From: Coleofasciculus chthonoplastes F2-STO-03
GTDB taxonomy: Bacteria; Cyanobacteriota; Cyanobacteriia; Cyanobacteriales; Coleofasciculaceae
NCBI GenBank assembly: GCA_040222015.1
Contig: JAVJWO010000010.1
Location: 14,669-78,668, forward strand
Reading direction: 5' to 3'
Length of the DNA stretch: 64,000 bases
Under the pieces are notes generated by a model. That model did no database searches and was not told the DNA's origin. It was given only the letters and a program-made list of their open reading frames with translations. The translations under genes were made by a program, and so were the position numbers. Positions 9,898 to 21,000 of the stretch are shown piece by piece; the first letter of the stretch is position 1, and every line of letters starts with the position of its first letter.

Positions 9898-12800
9898 TTA
9901 AGAACAATCCTGACTCATCACCAATCGTCCATCAGGGAGTCGATATACCCCAGTGGATTCCACAATTGGATCGCCTTTTTGCCAGGGGCGAGTGGTACTT
10001 TCTGTGGGAATCATCCGCACGGTGCCCGTGGGATAGGGGGATATGGTAAGATCACCGGGACGCGGGGGTAAGTTGCCAGCGCCTGTGATGGTGAATCTGC
10101 CATTTTGCTGATCAGCCCGAACCATGCAGCTATTGGCAATTAGATTATCGGTGTCGATGAAATTGTCGGGTAAATCGATGAGGCTATTTTCAATAAAAGT
10201 GAGGTCGGGTATGGTAATTATGCCATCGATCGCGGCATCGGCATTGATATCGACACGCTGGTTATGATCTAGGGTAGCCGGATCAGTGCCTCTGGCGGCA
10301 GGGGTATAGCGGAAGCCAAAGAAGATGGGAGTATTTAATGTGATGTCGCCGCCTCTGCCATCACGGGCAAAGGCTAAGATATCGCTATCAGCAAATGCCA
10401 GGATGGAGTCAGCGGTGATCATGATGTTCCCGCCGTTGTCACCACCACTGGAGACACTGGTGGTGATGTCGCTGTCGCCCCAGAGTCGGATATCACCTGC
10501 GGCGATATTAATGGCGCCGCCAGCGGATTGAGCTGTGGCGGTGAGGATACTGCTATCGGTGGCGGTGAGTGTGTCGGCAATAGTTAGAGCAATTTTGCCA
10601 GCGTTACCTTCTCCTTGACTTCGGGCAGAGATTTGTGATCCGTTTTCCAGGGATAATGTTTGAGTCGCGATCGCTAAGTCTCCAGCGACTCCAGTTGAGC
10701 CGGAAAGGGCGGCGGTAAATAAACCACTGGGTACTCCATCAGCGGCAGTACCCGCGATTCTGATCCTGTCTGAGGCGTTGACGGTTATAGTTCCCCCGGC
10801 TCCTTGATTGGTTGTTGCTGTGCCAATTTGGGAACCGTTAAAAATGTTCAGTTGGGTGGTGGTTATTTCGATGTCTCCAGCATCGCCGTTCCCTGTTGTT
10901 GTGGTTAGGACTAGACTGTCATTGAGTAATTCGACGAATTCAGCGGCATTGATGGTAATCGTTCCTCCTTTCCCTGAACCCAAGGTAGAAGCGGATAGGA
11001 TTGTGTCAGCAAAGGAAACGGATTCAGCCTGAATCGTAATGTCCCCAGCTTGACCTGAATCAGGGGTAGGACTCATGGTACTACTACGGATGAAACTATT
11101 GGCTGAAGCAATTCTCCCTTGACTGGTGAGTGTAATACTACCGCCACCATTTACCCCACGAGCGTCAAGATTGCCCAGGGTAATATTACCTTGAGCCGAA
11201 AGGGTTATAGCACCGCCAGCCCCAAGGGAAAATGTACCGAGCGTACCTTGGGTGGTATTGATAGAACCATTCGTGCTGGTGAGTGTGATTGAACCACTGG
11301 GGTTAAATATATCTTGGCTGGTAATGTCTCCTCTGGCGTTGACATTGAAATTGCCAAAGACTGAGGAGTTGCTGAGATTAATATCATTGCGATCGTTAAT
11401 TCTCACATTTCTGCCACCGTTTATACTAAGAGTTCTAAAATCATTGTTTTGATTTAAAATAATATCGCTGTTACCCGCCTTCAATGTGGTTATACCAGTC
11501 AGGTTTAAGGGTTCGGTTTGGGTAATCGCCCCGCCAGAGGTAATCGTCAAGTTACCATATACATTAGAGGCGGCTAATTGAGTGGCTAAGGTGTTGAGTA
11601 GGGTAACATTACCCGTCCCATTGGTGGTAAAGTGGATATCTCCTGTGAGTTGGTTATTATTGGTCAGGGTAATTGGGGCATCGGGTTGTAACGTGGTAAA
11701 ATTTGATGTACCTGTGACGGTAAGATTTCCATCTTGGCTAATCCCACGATCAGCAATTAAATTTAAATTGCCTGTAGCGGTGGAGTTAAGTAGATTAGTT
11801 GTGCCATTTTCCCGAATGGCAATATCTTTACCAGTAAAAGCGAGAGTCCCAAATTGATTGTTGGAGTCATTGAGGGTAATCGTGCCGTTTTCGGCATTGA
11901 ATGTAGCTGTACCGCTGACGTCTAAAGAACCGCTTTGGGTAATGCCGGGAATACCTGTGGTGCTAATCCCGTCTTTGCTGGTTTGAAATCTTAAGCTACC
12001 GCCAAAGGAGTTGGCTTGATTCAGGGTAATGGCGGGGTTATCTAAGACGGTGTTAAACGATAGAACGGCTCCCGGTAGGCTATTGACGGTGAGGTTTCCG
12101 GTAACGGTGTTGGTGGGTAAGTTAACAGTTCCCACTTGGGTGATGATTAAATTCCCATTCTCTTCGATGGGTGAGGTGGGAAGAGCAAGACTATTAATTA
12201 AAGGATTACTGCTACCTCCGTTAACCGAGATGTTGCCAGCGACTTGCAGGGGTTCTCCCGGTGCATGGGAAATGGGTGAGGGTGAGTTGAGCCGGAAGTT
12301 ACCGCCAATAATCGAGTAGCCGATGGTGGTGGGGTTGGTGTTGGTGACGCTGACAGTTCCAGCGTTGGCGAGGGTGGTGGTGAATGTGGCGTCACTGTTA
12401 ATAGAGAGGATACCGTTACCGAGGATGGCTCCGGCTGAATCAACCGTGAGGGTTTCGGCGTTGATGTTATCCAGGGTGACAGTACCAACGGTGTTATGAG
12501 TTAATCCTTCCCCTGTGTCTAATTCAATGGTGACATCGCCAAAACCCGTATTAATAGTAGTATCGGGTTTCATAGTAATTTCGGCTGCACCAGGTTCTCG
12601 TTCTGAGTTAATCACTCCTGCTGCTAAAGGCTGATTGGCTAACAGAGATAGGTTGCCGTTATCGGTGGTGATATCGGCATTGAGGAGAATACTTCGTCCG
12701 GCTTCTAGGGATAAGGCACCGCCACTACCTGTAGGATTATCAGTGATAATGGCTTGGTTGACGGTGATATCGTTATTCGCTTGCAGAGTGACAGCGGTTC

Positions 12801-15800
12801 CGGTATCGGTAATGTTGGTAATTGTAGAGGGAGTGAGGGTAATATTGCGGTTTGGGAAATAGCTGTGGGTGAGGGAGGAGGAGGGGTTGGCGATGCCGAT
12901 ATCTACTTGTCCGGCTCTATTGTTGGCGGCGGGGCTAGCTACCAGGTAATTACCATTGCTTAAGGCGGTTATTCCACCAGAGCCGAACTTATCGTTTCGG
13001 TTAGTACCGGAGATACGGCTAATTTCCGCCCCTGTGGTGCCATCAGCCAGAATTACTGTCCCAGCATCCACTACCCCCCCAATATCTGCGTTGGGATTGG
13101 CAAAAACATAATTACCATCGCTCAAGATTCTTATGTCACCAGAGCCGAAAAAATCGTCTGGGTTAGTGCCAGAGATACGGCTAATTTCCCCACCCATGGT
13201 GCCATTAGCCAGAATTACTGTCCCAGCATTCTGTACCCCCGGAATATCTGCGTTGGGATTGCCGAAAACATAATTACCATTGCTCAAGGCTGTTATTCCA
13301 CTATTGCCGAAATTATCGTTTGGGTTAGTACCAGAGATACGGTCAATTTCCACCCCCGTAGTGCCATCAGCCAGAATCACTGTCCCAGCATTCCTTACCC
13401 CCCCAATAATTGCATCTTGATTGCCAAAAACATAATTACCATTGCTTAAGGCTGTTATGCCATTACTGCCCAACCTATCCCTTGGGTTAGTCCCAGAGAT
13501 CCGGCTAATTTCCGCCCCCGTGGTTCCATTTGCCAGAATCACCGTCCCAGCATCCCTTACCCCCCCAATCCATGTACTGGGATTGCCGAAAACATAATTA
13601 CCATTGCTTAAGGCTGTTATTTGACTCTCGCCGAAGTTGTCGAATCTGTTAATACCAGAGATACGGCTAATTTCCGCCCCCGTGGTGCCATTAGCCAGAA
13701 TCACGGTCCCAGGCTGTTGCACCCCCCCAATCCTTGCAAAGGGATTGCCAAAGACATAATTACTATTGCTCAAAGCTGTTATTTGACGAGGGCCGAACTG
13801 ATCGCTTGGGTTAGTACCAGAGATACGGCTAATTTCCGCCCCCGTGGTGCCATCAGCCAGAATCACTGTCCCAGCACGTTTCATCCCCTCAATATCTGCA
13901 AACGAATTTGCAAAGACATAATTACTATTGCTCAACGCTGTTATTTCACGACTGCCGAAATTATCGTCTGGGTTAGTACCAGAGATGCGGCTAATTTCCG
14001 CCCCCGTGGTGCCATTAGCCAGAATCACTGTCCCAGCATCCACTACCGCCCCAATATCTGCGGCTGGATTGCCAAAGACATAATTACTATTGCTCAACGC
14101 TGTTATTTCACCAGAGCCTAAATTATCGTCTGGGTTAGTACCAGAGATACGGCTAATTTCCGCCCCTGTGGTTCCATTAGCCAGAATTACTGTCCCAGCA
14201 TTCTCTACCGCCTCAATATCTGCCAAGGGATTGCCGAAAACATAATTACCATTGCTCAAGGCTGTTATTTCACCCAAGCCAAAATTATCCCCTGGGTTCT
14301 CACCATGAATAGGTTCGAGTATCGCTCCGGTGTTCGAGTCGAATAGGTATACGGCTCCCCCATTCTGTGCCATTAAATCATCGTATGGAGAACTCACCAC
14401 AATGTTGTTATTTGCCAGTACCGCCGTATTCTCCCCAAATCGATTTCCTGCCGCTGGATTGGGGTCAAATAATTGAAATGAGTTGCCAGTAACCGCTGTA
14501 TCAATGGTAATATTCTTCGGGTCTAACCATAGCTCCCCCGCCACCCCATTCACCGCACTCCCATCTCCCCACCCACCAAACACCAAACTCCCTTTCCCCG
14601 ATACCTCCAACAATCCCCCATTTCCCGCCAATTCCCCACCTCGCGCGGTCAAACTGCCATAAAAATCAGTCTTCCCATCTGCCCAAACAATTACTTTCCC
14701 GCCATCCCCAACTCTCAACCCATCGGCTTGTAACGTCGTAGCATGATTCACCAGGGTATATTCGGCATTCTGTGCCCCCACCGTATTTCCCTGATAGTCT
14801 CCACCCACCAGAATCTCACCGCCACCCTGATTCCCACTGGCATTTACTGTTGTTCCCAACAGTTGCAATCTTTCCCCAAATAACTGAATCTCACCCCCCA
14901 ACTCCCCCTGTGCCTGGAAATTCCCAGACGTGGTGAAAACCTGTCCCCCCTGAAACCGAATCCTACCCGCCTTTTCACTCCCGGTTACAGAAGTCAACGC
15001 CGTAGCGGTTTGAATTACTGTGCCCTGATAATCCACTTGAATCGTTCCCCCATCCCCAGCATTTCCTGTGGCACTGAGAACCCCAGTATCGAGAAAATTA
15101 GTAACATTAATAGTGACACTACCGCCCCGTTCACCATCCGCCTGAATCTCTCCCCGATTTTCCAGAAAGGTACTGGTGAGATTTATCTCTCCCCCGATAA
15201 CGCCGCCGGAATTGATGACACCATTGAGCAGTTGAATCCGATTCCCTGTCACGTTAATTTCACCGCCACTACCCAGAGGATTTGAGGCATCCACAGAACC
15301 TAAAATTGCCACAGTGCCTAGATTAAAATCAATCGGAATATCGGCTTCAGTTAATCCAGCATTTTCCAGTAACGTTGCTAAACCTGACGCAGAAGACAGA
15401 ACCGGATTTGTATCATTATTGAATGGTAAATCAACAGAGCTAACTTGCCCCGTTAAATCCAAATGAATTAAACCTTGGCTTGGCACAGCCGCCAGACTAA
15501 TTGTTCCTCCGGGTGCTGATAATTGCCCCGAATTCACCACTGTACCCCCCGCCAGGGTCAAATTCTCTCCCTCTCCAACTGCTAAATTCCCTGCATTCAC
15601 TACCGCTGCTGGCTGTCCATACTGCAACCCCAAGGGTACACTAATCGTTAATAATGAGGAGTCTTCTGGATTCGTGGCACTGAATGATGAGCCATCTTCA
15701 AATACTACAGAATTTGCTGTACTCGCGACAAAGGAACCCTGAATATCTAACTGAGCCTTTGCGCCGAAAATAATCCCATTGGGATTGAGGAAAAATAGAT

Positions 15801-16215
15801 TCGCTTCGCCATTAACTCCCAATGTTCCTAAAATTGCTGAAGGGTTATTCCCGGTTACCCGACTAAAAATCGTTTCAATGCCGACTGGATTGGCAAAATA
15901 AACCCGTTGTCCCTCTTCAATATTAAACTCAAGGAAACTGTGGAACAAGTTAGCTTCTCGGATTGCCCCCCCTTCTATCAAATCGGCTAATCTTCCCCGC
16001 ACTTGAGCCTTGGGTGTGACGACAGAATGTTCAGCCTCTAAGGTATTATCTGGGGTAATCTGGGCGCGAAGGGGAGTATCCTGACTGATTAAGACAGTAA
16101 GACTGGTGAAAAAACTCACCAACCCTAACTGCCAATACCTGGGTTTTGAGGATTGAATCTGAGCCAGGTAGGAACACGTTACTCCTGTTGAATTTTCCAA
16201 GAAGGGACTGTTCAT
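9898..16215 (-). CDS. Filamentous haemagglutinin-type TpsA exoprotein with internal tandem repeats
   Basis: AQITPD, NLFHSF, NPNGIIFG secretion domain, LDPKNITI, Gly-rich solenoid, cyanobacterial C-terminal IANSC..FTITGAG motif; ATG 16215 has GGAGG upstream. Confidence 0.92.
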   Translation of the reverse strand: MNSPFLENSTGVTCSYLAQIQSSKPRYWQLGLVSFFTSLTVLISQDTPLRAQITPDNTLEAEHSVVTPKAQVRGRLADLIEGGAIREANLFHSFLEFNIEEGQRVYFANPVGIETIFSRVTGNNPSAILGTLGVNGEANLFFLNPNGIIFGAKAQLDIQGSFVASTANSVVFEDGSSFSATNPEDSSLLTISVPLGLQYGQPAAVVNAGNLAVGEGENLTLAGGTVVNSGQLSAPGGTISLAAVPSQGLIHLDLTGQVSSVDLPFNNDTNPVLSSASGLATLLENAGLTEADIPIDFNLGTVAILGSVDASNPLGSGGEINVTGNRIQLLNGVINSGGVIGGEINLTSTFLENRGEIQADGERGGSVTINVTNFLDTGVLSATGNAGDGGTIQVDYQGTVIQTATALTSVTGSEKAGRIRFQGGQVFTTSGNFQAQGELGGEIQLFGERLQLLGTTVNASGNQGGGEILVGGDYQGNTVGAQNAEYTLVNHATTLQADGLRVGDGGKVIVWADGKTDFYGSLTARGGELAGNGGLLEVSGKGSLVFGGWGDGSAVNGVAGELWLDPKNITIDTAVTGNSFQLFDPNPAAGNRFGENTAVLANNNIVVSSPYDDLMAQNGGAVYLFDSNTGAILEPIHGENPGDNFGLGEITALSNGNYVFGNPLADIEAVENAGTVILANGTTGAEISRISGTNPDDNLGSGEITALSNSNYVFGNPAADIGAVVDAGTVILANGTTGAEISRISGTNPDDNFGSREITALSNSNYVFANSFADIEGMKRAGTVILADGTTGAEISRISGTNPSDQFGPRQITALSNSNYVFGNPFARIGGVQQPGTVILANGTTGAEISRISGINRFDNFGESQITALSNGNYVFGNPSTWIGGVRDAGTVILANGTTGAEISRISGTNPRDRLGSNGITALSNGNYVFGNQDAIIGGVRNAGTVILADGTTGVEIDRISGTNPNDNFGNSGITALSNGNYVFGNPNADIPGVQNAGTVILANGTMGGEISRISGTNPDDFFGSGDIRILSDGNYVFANPNADIGGVVDAGTVILADGTTGAEISRISGTNRNDKFGSGGITALSNGNYLVASPAANNRAGQVDIGIANPSSSLTHSYFPNRNITLTPSTITNITDTGTAVTLQANNDITVNQAIITDNPTGSGGALSLEAGRSILLNADITTDNGNLSLLANQPLAAGVINSEREPGAAEITMKPDTTINTGFGDVTIELDTGEGLTHNTVGTVTLDNINAETLTVDSAGAILGNGILSINSDATFTTTLANAGTVSVTNTNPTTIGYSIIGGNFRLNSPSPISHAPGEPLQVAGNISVNGGSSNPLINSLALPTSPIEENGNLIITQVGTVNLPTNTVTGNLTVNSLPGAVLSFNTVLDNPAITLNQANSFGGSLRFQTSKDGISTTGIPGITQSGSLDVSGTATFNAENGTITLNDSNNQFGTLAFTGKDIAIRENGTTNLLNSTATGNLNLIADRGISQDGNLTVTGTSNFTTLQPDAPITLTNNNQLTGDIHFTTNGTGNVTLLNTLATQLAASNVYGNLTITSGGAITQTEPLNLTGITTLKAGNSDIILNQNNDFRTLSINGGRNVRINDRNDINLSNSSVFGNFNVNARGDITSQDIFNPSGSITLTSTNGSINTTQGTLGTFSLGAGGAITLSAQGNITLGNLDARGVNGGGSITLTSQGRIASANSFIRSSTMSPTPDSGQAGDITIQAESVSFADTILSASTLGSGKGGTITINAAEFVELLNDSLVLTTTTGNGDAGDIEITTTQLNIFNGSQIGTATTNQGAGGTITVNASDRIRIAGTAADGVPSGLFTAALSGSTGVAGDLAIATQTLSLENGSQISARSQGEGNAGKIALTIADTLTATDSSILTATAQSAGGAINIAAGDIRLWGDSDITTSVSSGGDNGGNIMITADSILAFADSDILAFARDGRGGDITLNTPIFFGFRYTPAARGTDPATLDHNQRVDINADAAIDGIITIPDLTFIENSLIDLPDNFIDTDNLIANSCMVRADQQNGRFTITGAGNLPPRPGDLTISPYPTGTVRMIPTESTTRPWQKGDPIVESTGVYRLPDGRLVMSQDCS
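12979..14274 (-). repeat. Eight 162-bp (54-aa) tandem repeats inside TpsA (DUF5650-like)
   Basis: ITALSNGNYVFGN..AGTVILANGTTGAEISRISGTN..D.FG unit x8 plus a partial ninth. Confidence 0.9.
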
Positions 16216-16350
16216 CAAAACCTCCAGGATACTCGATCCAAGCATTTAGACCCCTCTCCCCCAGCCCCTCTCCCACTCCCTGGGGAGAGGGGAGAAAGAG
16301 AGGGGTTGACCTGAATATCTCTAGCATACAGGCAAACCGACAACAACACT

Positions 16351-16410
16351 TTGCACTTTTGTGCCAACTCAAGTTCCTAAACCAGACAAGTCAATGGCAC
16401 AAAATGACCA
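16351..16410. promoter_or_regulatory. Paired palindromic motif between divergent tpsA and CHAT genes
   Basis: TTGCAC-TTTT-GTGCCA (16351-16366) and inverted TGGCAC-AAAA (16395-16404), resembling the PEP-CTERM promoter motif. Confidence 0.55.
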
Positions 16411-16555
16411 ACCTATTCCAGCCCTGACAGCCTAATAATGCGATAAGCTGAAAATCAGTGAGTGATCAGCCTTCCATGGACAGTCTCATTCCCAAGTCCG
16501 ATTTATAATTAAAATAAATTGTCATGAATCAGACAGCCAAAAAGTGCTATTTAAT

Positions 16556-16669
16556 ATGCAAATTACCATTGAAGTGCCTGACAATATAGGTAGTCGTTTG
16601 GCGGTTCGTAGTGAGGGCTTTAGCCCTCTCCAGCTAGGCGGAGCGAGAACTAAAGTTCTCACTACAAAC
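16556..16669 (+). pseudogene. Small antitoxin-like gene start (MQITIEVPD) interrupted by a GTAGTGAG..CTCACTAC repeat
   Basis: MQITIE(V/I)PD is typical of small UPF0175-like proteins; similarity is lost at the inverted repeat. Confidence 0.4.
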
Positions 16670-16721
16670 AAAACCCCTCGGTGCGTCTGTCTCAACCAGC
16701 CATTTAAAAGCGTGACAGCTG

Positions 16722-19334
16722 ATGCAATGCTACCGATTCAGACTTAAATCCCTAGGCTTTTTCACCAGCCTACTCCTGTGCTTGTGGCTGAATCATCTGC
16801 CCTCAATCGCTGAATCGGTGCCAGGGAATCAATGGGTGCAACAGGGAGTTGAACACTACCAAGCTGGAGAATTTCAACGCGCGATCGCACTTTGGCAAGC
16901 TGCCCTAGAATACTACCAAGAAACCCAAAATCTTACCAATACCGCCATTATTCGAGAAAACCTCGCCAGAACCTATCAACAACTGGGGCAAATGGAACAG
17001 GCTATTGAGTTTTGGCAACAGGTTATTGCTGATTATCGCCAACTGGGAGATAGGCAGAATCTGGGGCGGAACCTGACTGAACTGGCTCAAGCTTATACTA
17101 CCACCGGACAACCCCGAAAAGCGATCGCGCTTTTATGCGGAGCCTCGGCTTCCTCCACAAACTGTCAACCCGAAACCGCTCTATATATTGCCCGCACCAC
17201 TGAAGACAATCAAGGAGAAGCCGCCGCCCTGGGAAGTTTAGGAAATGCCCATCTGCTCACCGGAAATTATCAAGGCGCGATCGCGGATTTAGAGGCTAGC
17301 TTAACGATTAACCACCCAGCCTATCGTACATCAACGCTGAACAGTTTAGGCAATGCCTACACCCGCCAAGGACAACACCAAGAGCGCTATGCTGACTCGG
17401 CTCAACAACGGGGTGCCAAGCAAAGGGCAAGTAAGTTTCGGCAAAAGGCGCTAAATGATTACCAACAGGCTTTGGGTTATTTTCAGCAAAGTCTAGAATT
17501 GGCTCGCAGATCACAGGATCAACCCAATCAAATGGGAGCCTTACTTAATTTAATTAAATTGGCTCACCATCCCCTCATTTCCCCCCAACTTGACGCTGCT
17601 CAAATCAATCAATGGCTAAAAGAGGCTCTGGATTTACTCACTCAACTTCCCGATTCCCGTAATCTGGTTTATGCGGCGATCGATTTAGCCAATCTCCAAC
17701 CAGCGGTTTCTACCATAACCCCTAAACAATACCAATGTCCGCCACGCCAACTACCATCCCAAGCTGAATCCCTACTCGAATCAGCCGTATCCATTGCTCA
17801 ACGCCTGGAAGACTCCCGTTCCGAGTCTTTTGCCCTGGGGGAATTAGGTCATTTCTACGAATGCCAGAACGACTATCGCCAAGCCTTAGAATTCACCCAA
17901 AAAGCCCGGTTAGCCGCCGACCAAAACCGACAAGCCCAAGATAGCCTGTATCTCTGGGAATGGCAAGCCGCCCGCCTGTTTCAAGCACAGGGAAACCCAG
18001 AGGAAGCCATCGCCGCTTACCAACGTGCGATCGCGACTTTAACTGATATTCGCCAAGAACTACTCATGGCTGACTCAGATGTCCAATTTGACTTTCGCGA
18101 TCGGATTAATCCCTTACATCGAGATTTTGCCCAATACCAGTTAGAACGAGTCGAACGTCTCCCAGTTACCGAAGCTCAACTGGAAATAGAATCTGCCCTG
18201 AAAACTATAGATGCCCTCAAACTTGCCGAACTGCAAAATTACTTTGGCAATGATTGTCGATTGACACCCAATTCTCAGAACTCTGTAGAGCAACTGGTGG
18301 GAGACGATACCGCTATTTTCCGTTCAATTATCTTCAACAATCATACCGCGATCCTGCTCACCCTACCCAACGCCCCAACCCAACTCAAATGGATTGAGAT
18401 TGATAGTCAAATCCTACGAGAAACCGTCAATCAATTTCGCCGAGGATTAGAAAGACGACGGGATCTGATTTACGACCCCAAACCTGCTCAAAACCTGTAC
18501 AATTGGATAATTCGCCCCTTTATTACCGATTTAGACGCCGCTGGGATAAACACTCTAGTTTTCAGCCAAGATGGGATCTTACGCAGCATTCCCATGGCTG
18601 CCCTACATAATGGGGAAAGCTTCTTAGTGGAAACCTACGCCATTGCCACAACCCCCAGTTTAACCCTCACTGCACCTCAACACTTAACCGATGAATCCCT
18701 TCAAGTGTTAGCCCTGGGGTTAACGGCAAAAGCCACAGTAAACGGACAAACCTTTCCCGCCCTCACCCACGTTAAATCGGAACTCCAGCAACTTGAGAGC
18801 CTATTTCCCGGCAGTAAAACCCTCTTAGACGATGATTTTACGCGCGATCGCTTACAAGCCGAACTCAACCAAACTGTTTATCCGATTCTCCATATTGCGA
18901 CTCATGGACAGTTTAGTGCCGTACCCGAAGATACATTCTTGGTTACTGGTAATAATCAAAAGCTGACGCTTAAAGACTTAGAAACCACGATTCGTCATCT
19001 GAGTCAGGGTTCTAATTCGGTCGATTTACTTGCCCTCACCGCTTGTCAGACAGCCGTTGGCGATGATCGTGCCGCCTTAGGTTTAGCAGGTATCGCCGTT
19101 CAATCCGGCGTTAACACAGCCTTAGCCTCTCTCTGGTTTATTCCCGATGCCTCAACCAAAACCCTGATCACCGAATATTACCACAATTGGTCTAACCCTG
19201 GCATAAGTAAAGCTCAAGCTCTGAGCCTAGCACAACGAAAACTGATTCAAGCCCAAAACAGTCCAGAAATCAACGATCAATATGCCCACCCCGCCTACTG
19301 GGCACCCTTTATCCTCATCGGTAACTGGCAATAA
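16722..19334 (+). CDS. TPR + CHAT (caspase-like) domain protein with signal peptide
   Basis: Hydrophobic N-terminus, TPRs, HIATHG and LTACQTA catalytic motifs, HPAYWAPFILIGNW end. Confidence 0.93.
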   Translation: MQCYRFRLKSLGFFTSLLLCLWLNHLPSIAESVPGNQWVQQGVEHYQAGEFQRAIALWQAALEYYQETQNLTNTAIIRENLARTYQQLGQMEQAIEFWQQVIADYRQLGDRQNLGRNLTELAQAYTTTGQPRKAIALLCGASASSTNCQPETALYIARTTEDNQGEAAALGSLGNAHLLTGNYQGAIADLEASLTINHPAYRTSTLNSLGNAYTRQGQHQERYADSAQQRGAKQRASKFRQKALNDYQQALGYFQQSLELARRSQDQPNQMGALLNLIKLAHHPLISPQLDAAQINQWLKEALDLLTQLPDSRNLVYAAIDLANLQPAVSTITPKQYQCPPRQLPSQAESLLESAVSIAQRLEDSRSESFALGELGHFYECQNDYRQALEFTQKARLAADQNRQAQDSLYLWEWQAARLFQAQGNPEEAIAAYQRAIATLTDIRQELLMADSDVQFDFRDRINPLHRDFAQYQLERVERLPVTEAQLEIESALKTIDALKLAELQNYFGNDCRLTPNSQNSVEQLVGDDTAIFRSIIFNNHTAILLTLPNAPTQLKWIEIDSQILRETVNQFRRGLERRRDLIYDPKPAQNLYNWIIRPFITDLDAAGINTLVFSQDGILRSIPMAALHNGESFLVETYAIATTPSLTLTAPQHLTDESLQVLALGLTAKATVNGQTFPALTHVKSELQQLESLFPGSKTLLDDDFTRDRLQAELNQTVYPILHIATHGQFSAVPEDTFLVTGNNQKLTLKDLETTIRHLSQGSNSVDLLALTACQTAVGDDRAALGLAGIAVQSGVNTALASLWFIPDASTKTLITEYYHNWSNPGISKAQALSLAQRKLIQAQNSPEINDQYAHPAYWAPFILIGNWQ

Positions 19335-19869
19335 TCTAAGTAGGTTGTCAATCTGTGTACCTGACTATTCACTGTTCTGAAAACTACCATTCCATCTGTG
19401 TAATCTGTGTTTTTGTCAATACTTAGCAATGATTTTTATCGAAACTTTAACAAAATACATGCGTCCACGGGGACATTGGCAGTGAGACAAAAACCATAAA
19501 TTATACAAAGTTGCCCGAATATTCAAGAGGTTTAGCTGCGTCAAGATTAATTTTGCCCACAAAAAACCCACCATAAATAGTATACCTTAAAATCGCACAA
19601 TCTTCTCACAATCGCCGTAACCCTTGAAAACTCGTAGATAATTCCCGAAAAGGGGTAAAAAAAGAACAATTATGACGTTTTGTTAAGACAGGACTCTGAT
19701 TGGAAAATTTAAACCTTTCTGGGGGAACTAATCGTTTAAATTATCAGAACTTGACAAGTTTAACCGAAACGACATCGAGTCAAGCTAAGAAAATGTCAGT
19801 ATATGCTCTATCTGTAGGGTGCGTTAGCGTAGCGTAACGCACCATGTTAGCTAATTAAAGATTTGCGGT

Positions 19870-20017
19870 TAAGTAGGTTGGTGGAAATAAACTCAACTAT
19901 CCACCAGTTATGTAAACAAGCCTCAAACTCTTACAAAGGACGTAGCTTGCTTCTCGCGAAGCGAGTATGACGAATGACGATCACCACCGCCCGCCTTTAA
20001 CTGTCCCTACCTACTTA
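19870..20017. mobile_element. MITE-like element with TAAGTAGGT/ACCTACTTA ends
   Basis: Terminal inverted repeats; the same end recurs near 23752 and inverted at 61508-61535. Confidence 0.7.
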
Positions 20018-20023
20018 CATCTT

Positions 20024-20779
20024 TTACCTATTCCCTGTTGCCTGAATAATTGTCCTCATATTCTCAATAGGTTCTGACTCCGATGGTAAGGATTCTGGAC
20101 TGGTTTGGGCGGCTTCCAAATTTACCATATCTCTCAACAGAGATACAGCCTCTTCTCCTAATTGCCAGGGAGGAGCAAGCTGTAATGCCTCACCCATAGC
20201 ATCGTACCAAAACCCTGCCCCAGCATAGAGTTCAACTTTCTGTGAACCGGGCTTAACCTGAGCAAGTTGCTGTGCAAAAGCCAATGGCATCTGCACCACT
20301 TGCATATCTGAGCTGACAATTAAATCGCTGGAAGGGCTATCCGGATCACAAAGAATCACCACTTGCCAAAGATAGGTCTTCCCAACCGTTAATTCTAACT
20401 GCGCCCTTGCCAGGGATAACCTCATAATTCCTGGTGAACTCTCTAACTGAATTGGTTGACCCACAGGTTGAGGTTTACCCTGAGCATCATACTCATAGAG
20501 TCTAAATTCCATCGGTTTAATTATCGCGTCAGGGACAAACCAAGCCAAGGTGGGATGGGTAGACAGGGTTGCCCCCACATGAGTTTTAGGGGCAAGGGCT
20601 GTTAGGGGTATTCCGTCACCTTCGCATCCGCCCCTTGGACCCGATGACGTTGTATAATCAGTGGGTGGTTTCTGATCGGGAGGTGGCACGTATCCAGCTA
20701 AAGCTGTTGACGTCACAACTAGGGATAAACTTAAAATAAGTAGGTGGACACAATGAAACTTAAAGATGGAGATCGTCAT
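20024..20779 (-). CDS. DUF928 domain protein, exported
   Basis: Signal peptide, SGPRGGC, LTALAP..THPTLAWFVP, YLWQVVILC, YAGAGFWYDA. Confidence 0.9.
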   Translation of the reverse strand: MTISIFKFHCVHLLILSLSLVVTSTALAGYVPPPDQKPPTDYTTSSGPRGGCEGDGIPLTALAPKTHVGATLSTHPTLAWFVPDAIIKPMEFRLYEYDAQGKPQPVGQPIQLESSPGIMRLSLARAQLELTVGKTYLWQVVILCDPDSPSSDLIVSSDMQVVQMPLAFAQQLAQVKPGSQKVELYAGAGFWYDAMGEALQLAPPWQLGEEAVSLLRDMVNLEAAQTSPESLPSESEPIENMRTIIQATGNR

Positions 20780-21000
20780 TTTTAATTCGTCATTTGTAAG
20801 GGTTTGATGGTTATTTATTCTTGTAGGTTGGGTTGAGGAACGAAACCCAACACCATCGTTAGCCTGTTGGGTAACGCTTACGCTCTACCCAACCTACTTG
20901 CGGTGATAGGCTCCCTTTCACCTTTGATTACCCCTGGCGATATTTAGCTTATATGCAACTGATATATTGTACCATTCTCTACCCATAAAATTTTCATGGC

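Noticed and set aside
12979..14274. Diversity-generating retroelement acting on TpsA repeats or the VWA gene
   Set aside because: No reverse transcriptase and no non-coding template copy in the window; repeats are in-frame tandem units
10325..15285. Many plus-strand ORFs opposite tpsA
   Set aside because: Antisense shadows of a long biased coding sequence; the same applies to ORFs opposite GH15, sigA and TIR-WD40
19335..19869. Hidden gene or RNA in the AT-rich gap between convergent CHAT and DUF928 genes
   Set aside because: No credible ORF or stable structure; the recurring ATCTGTG word is too short to support a call
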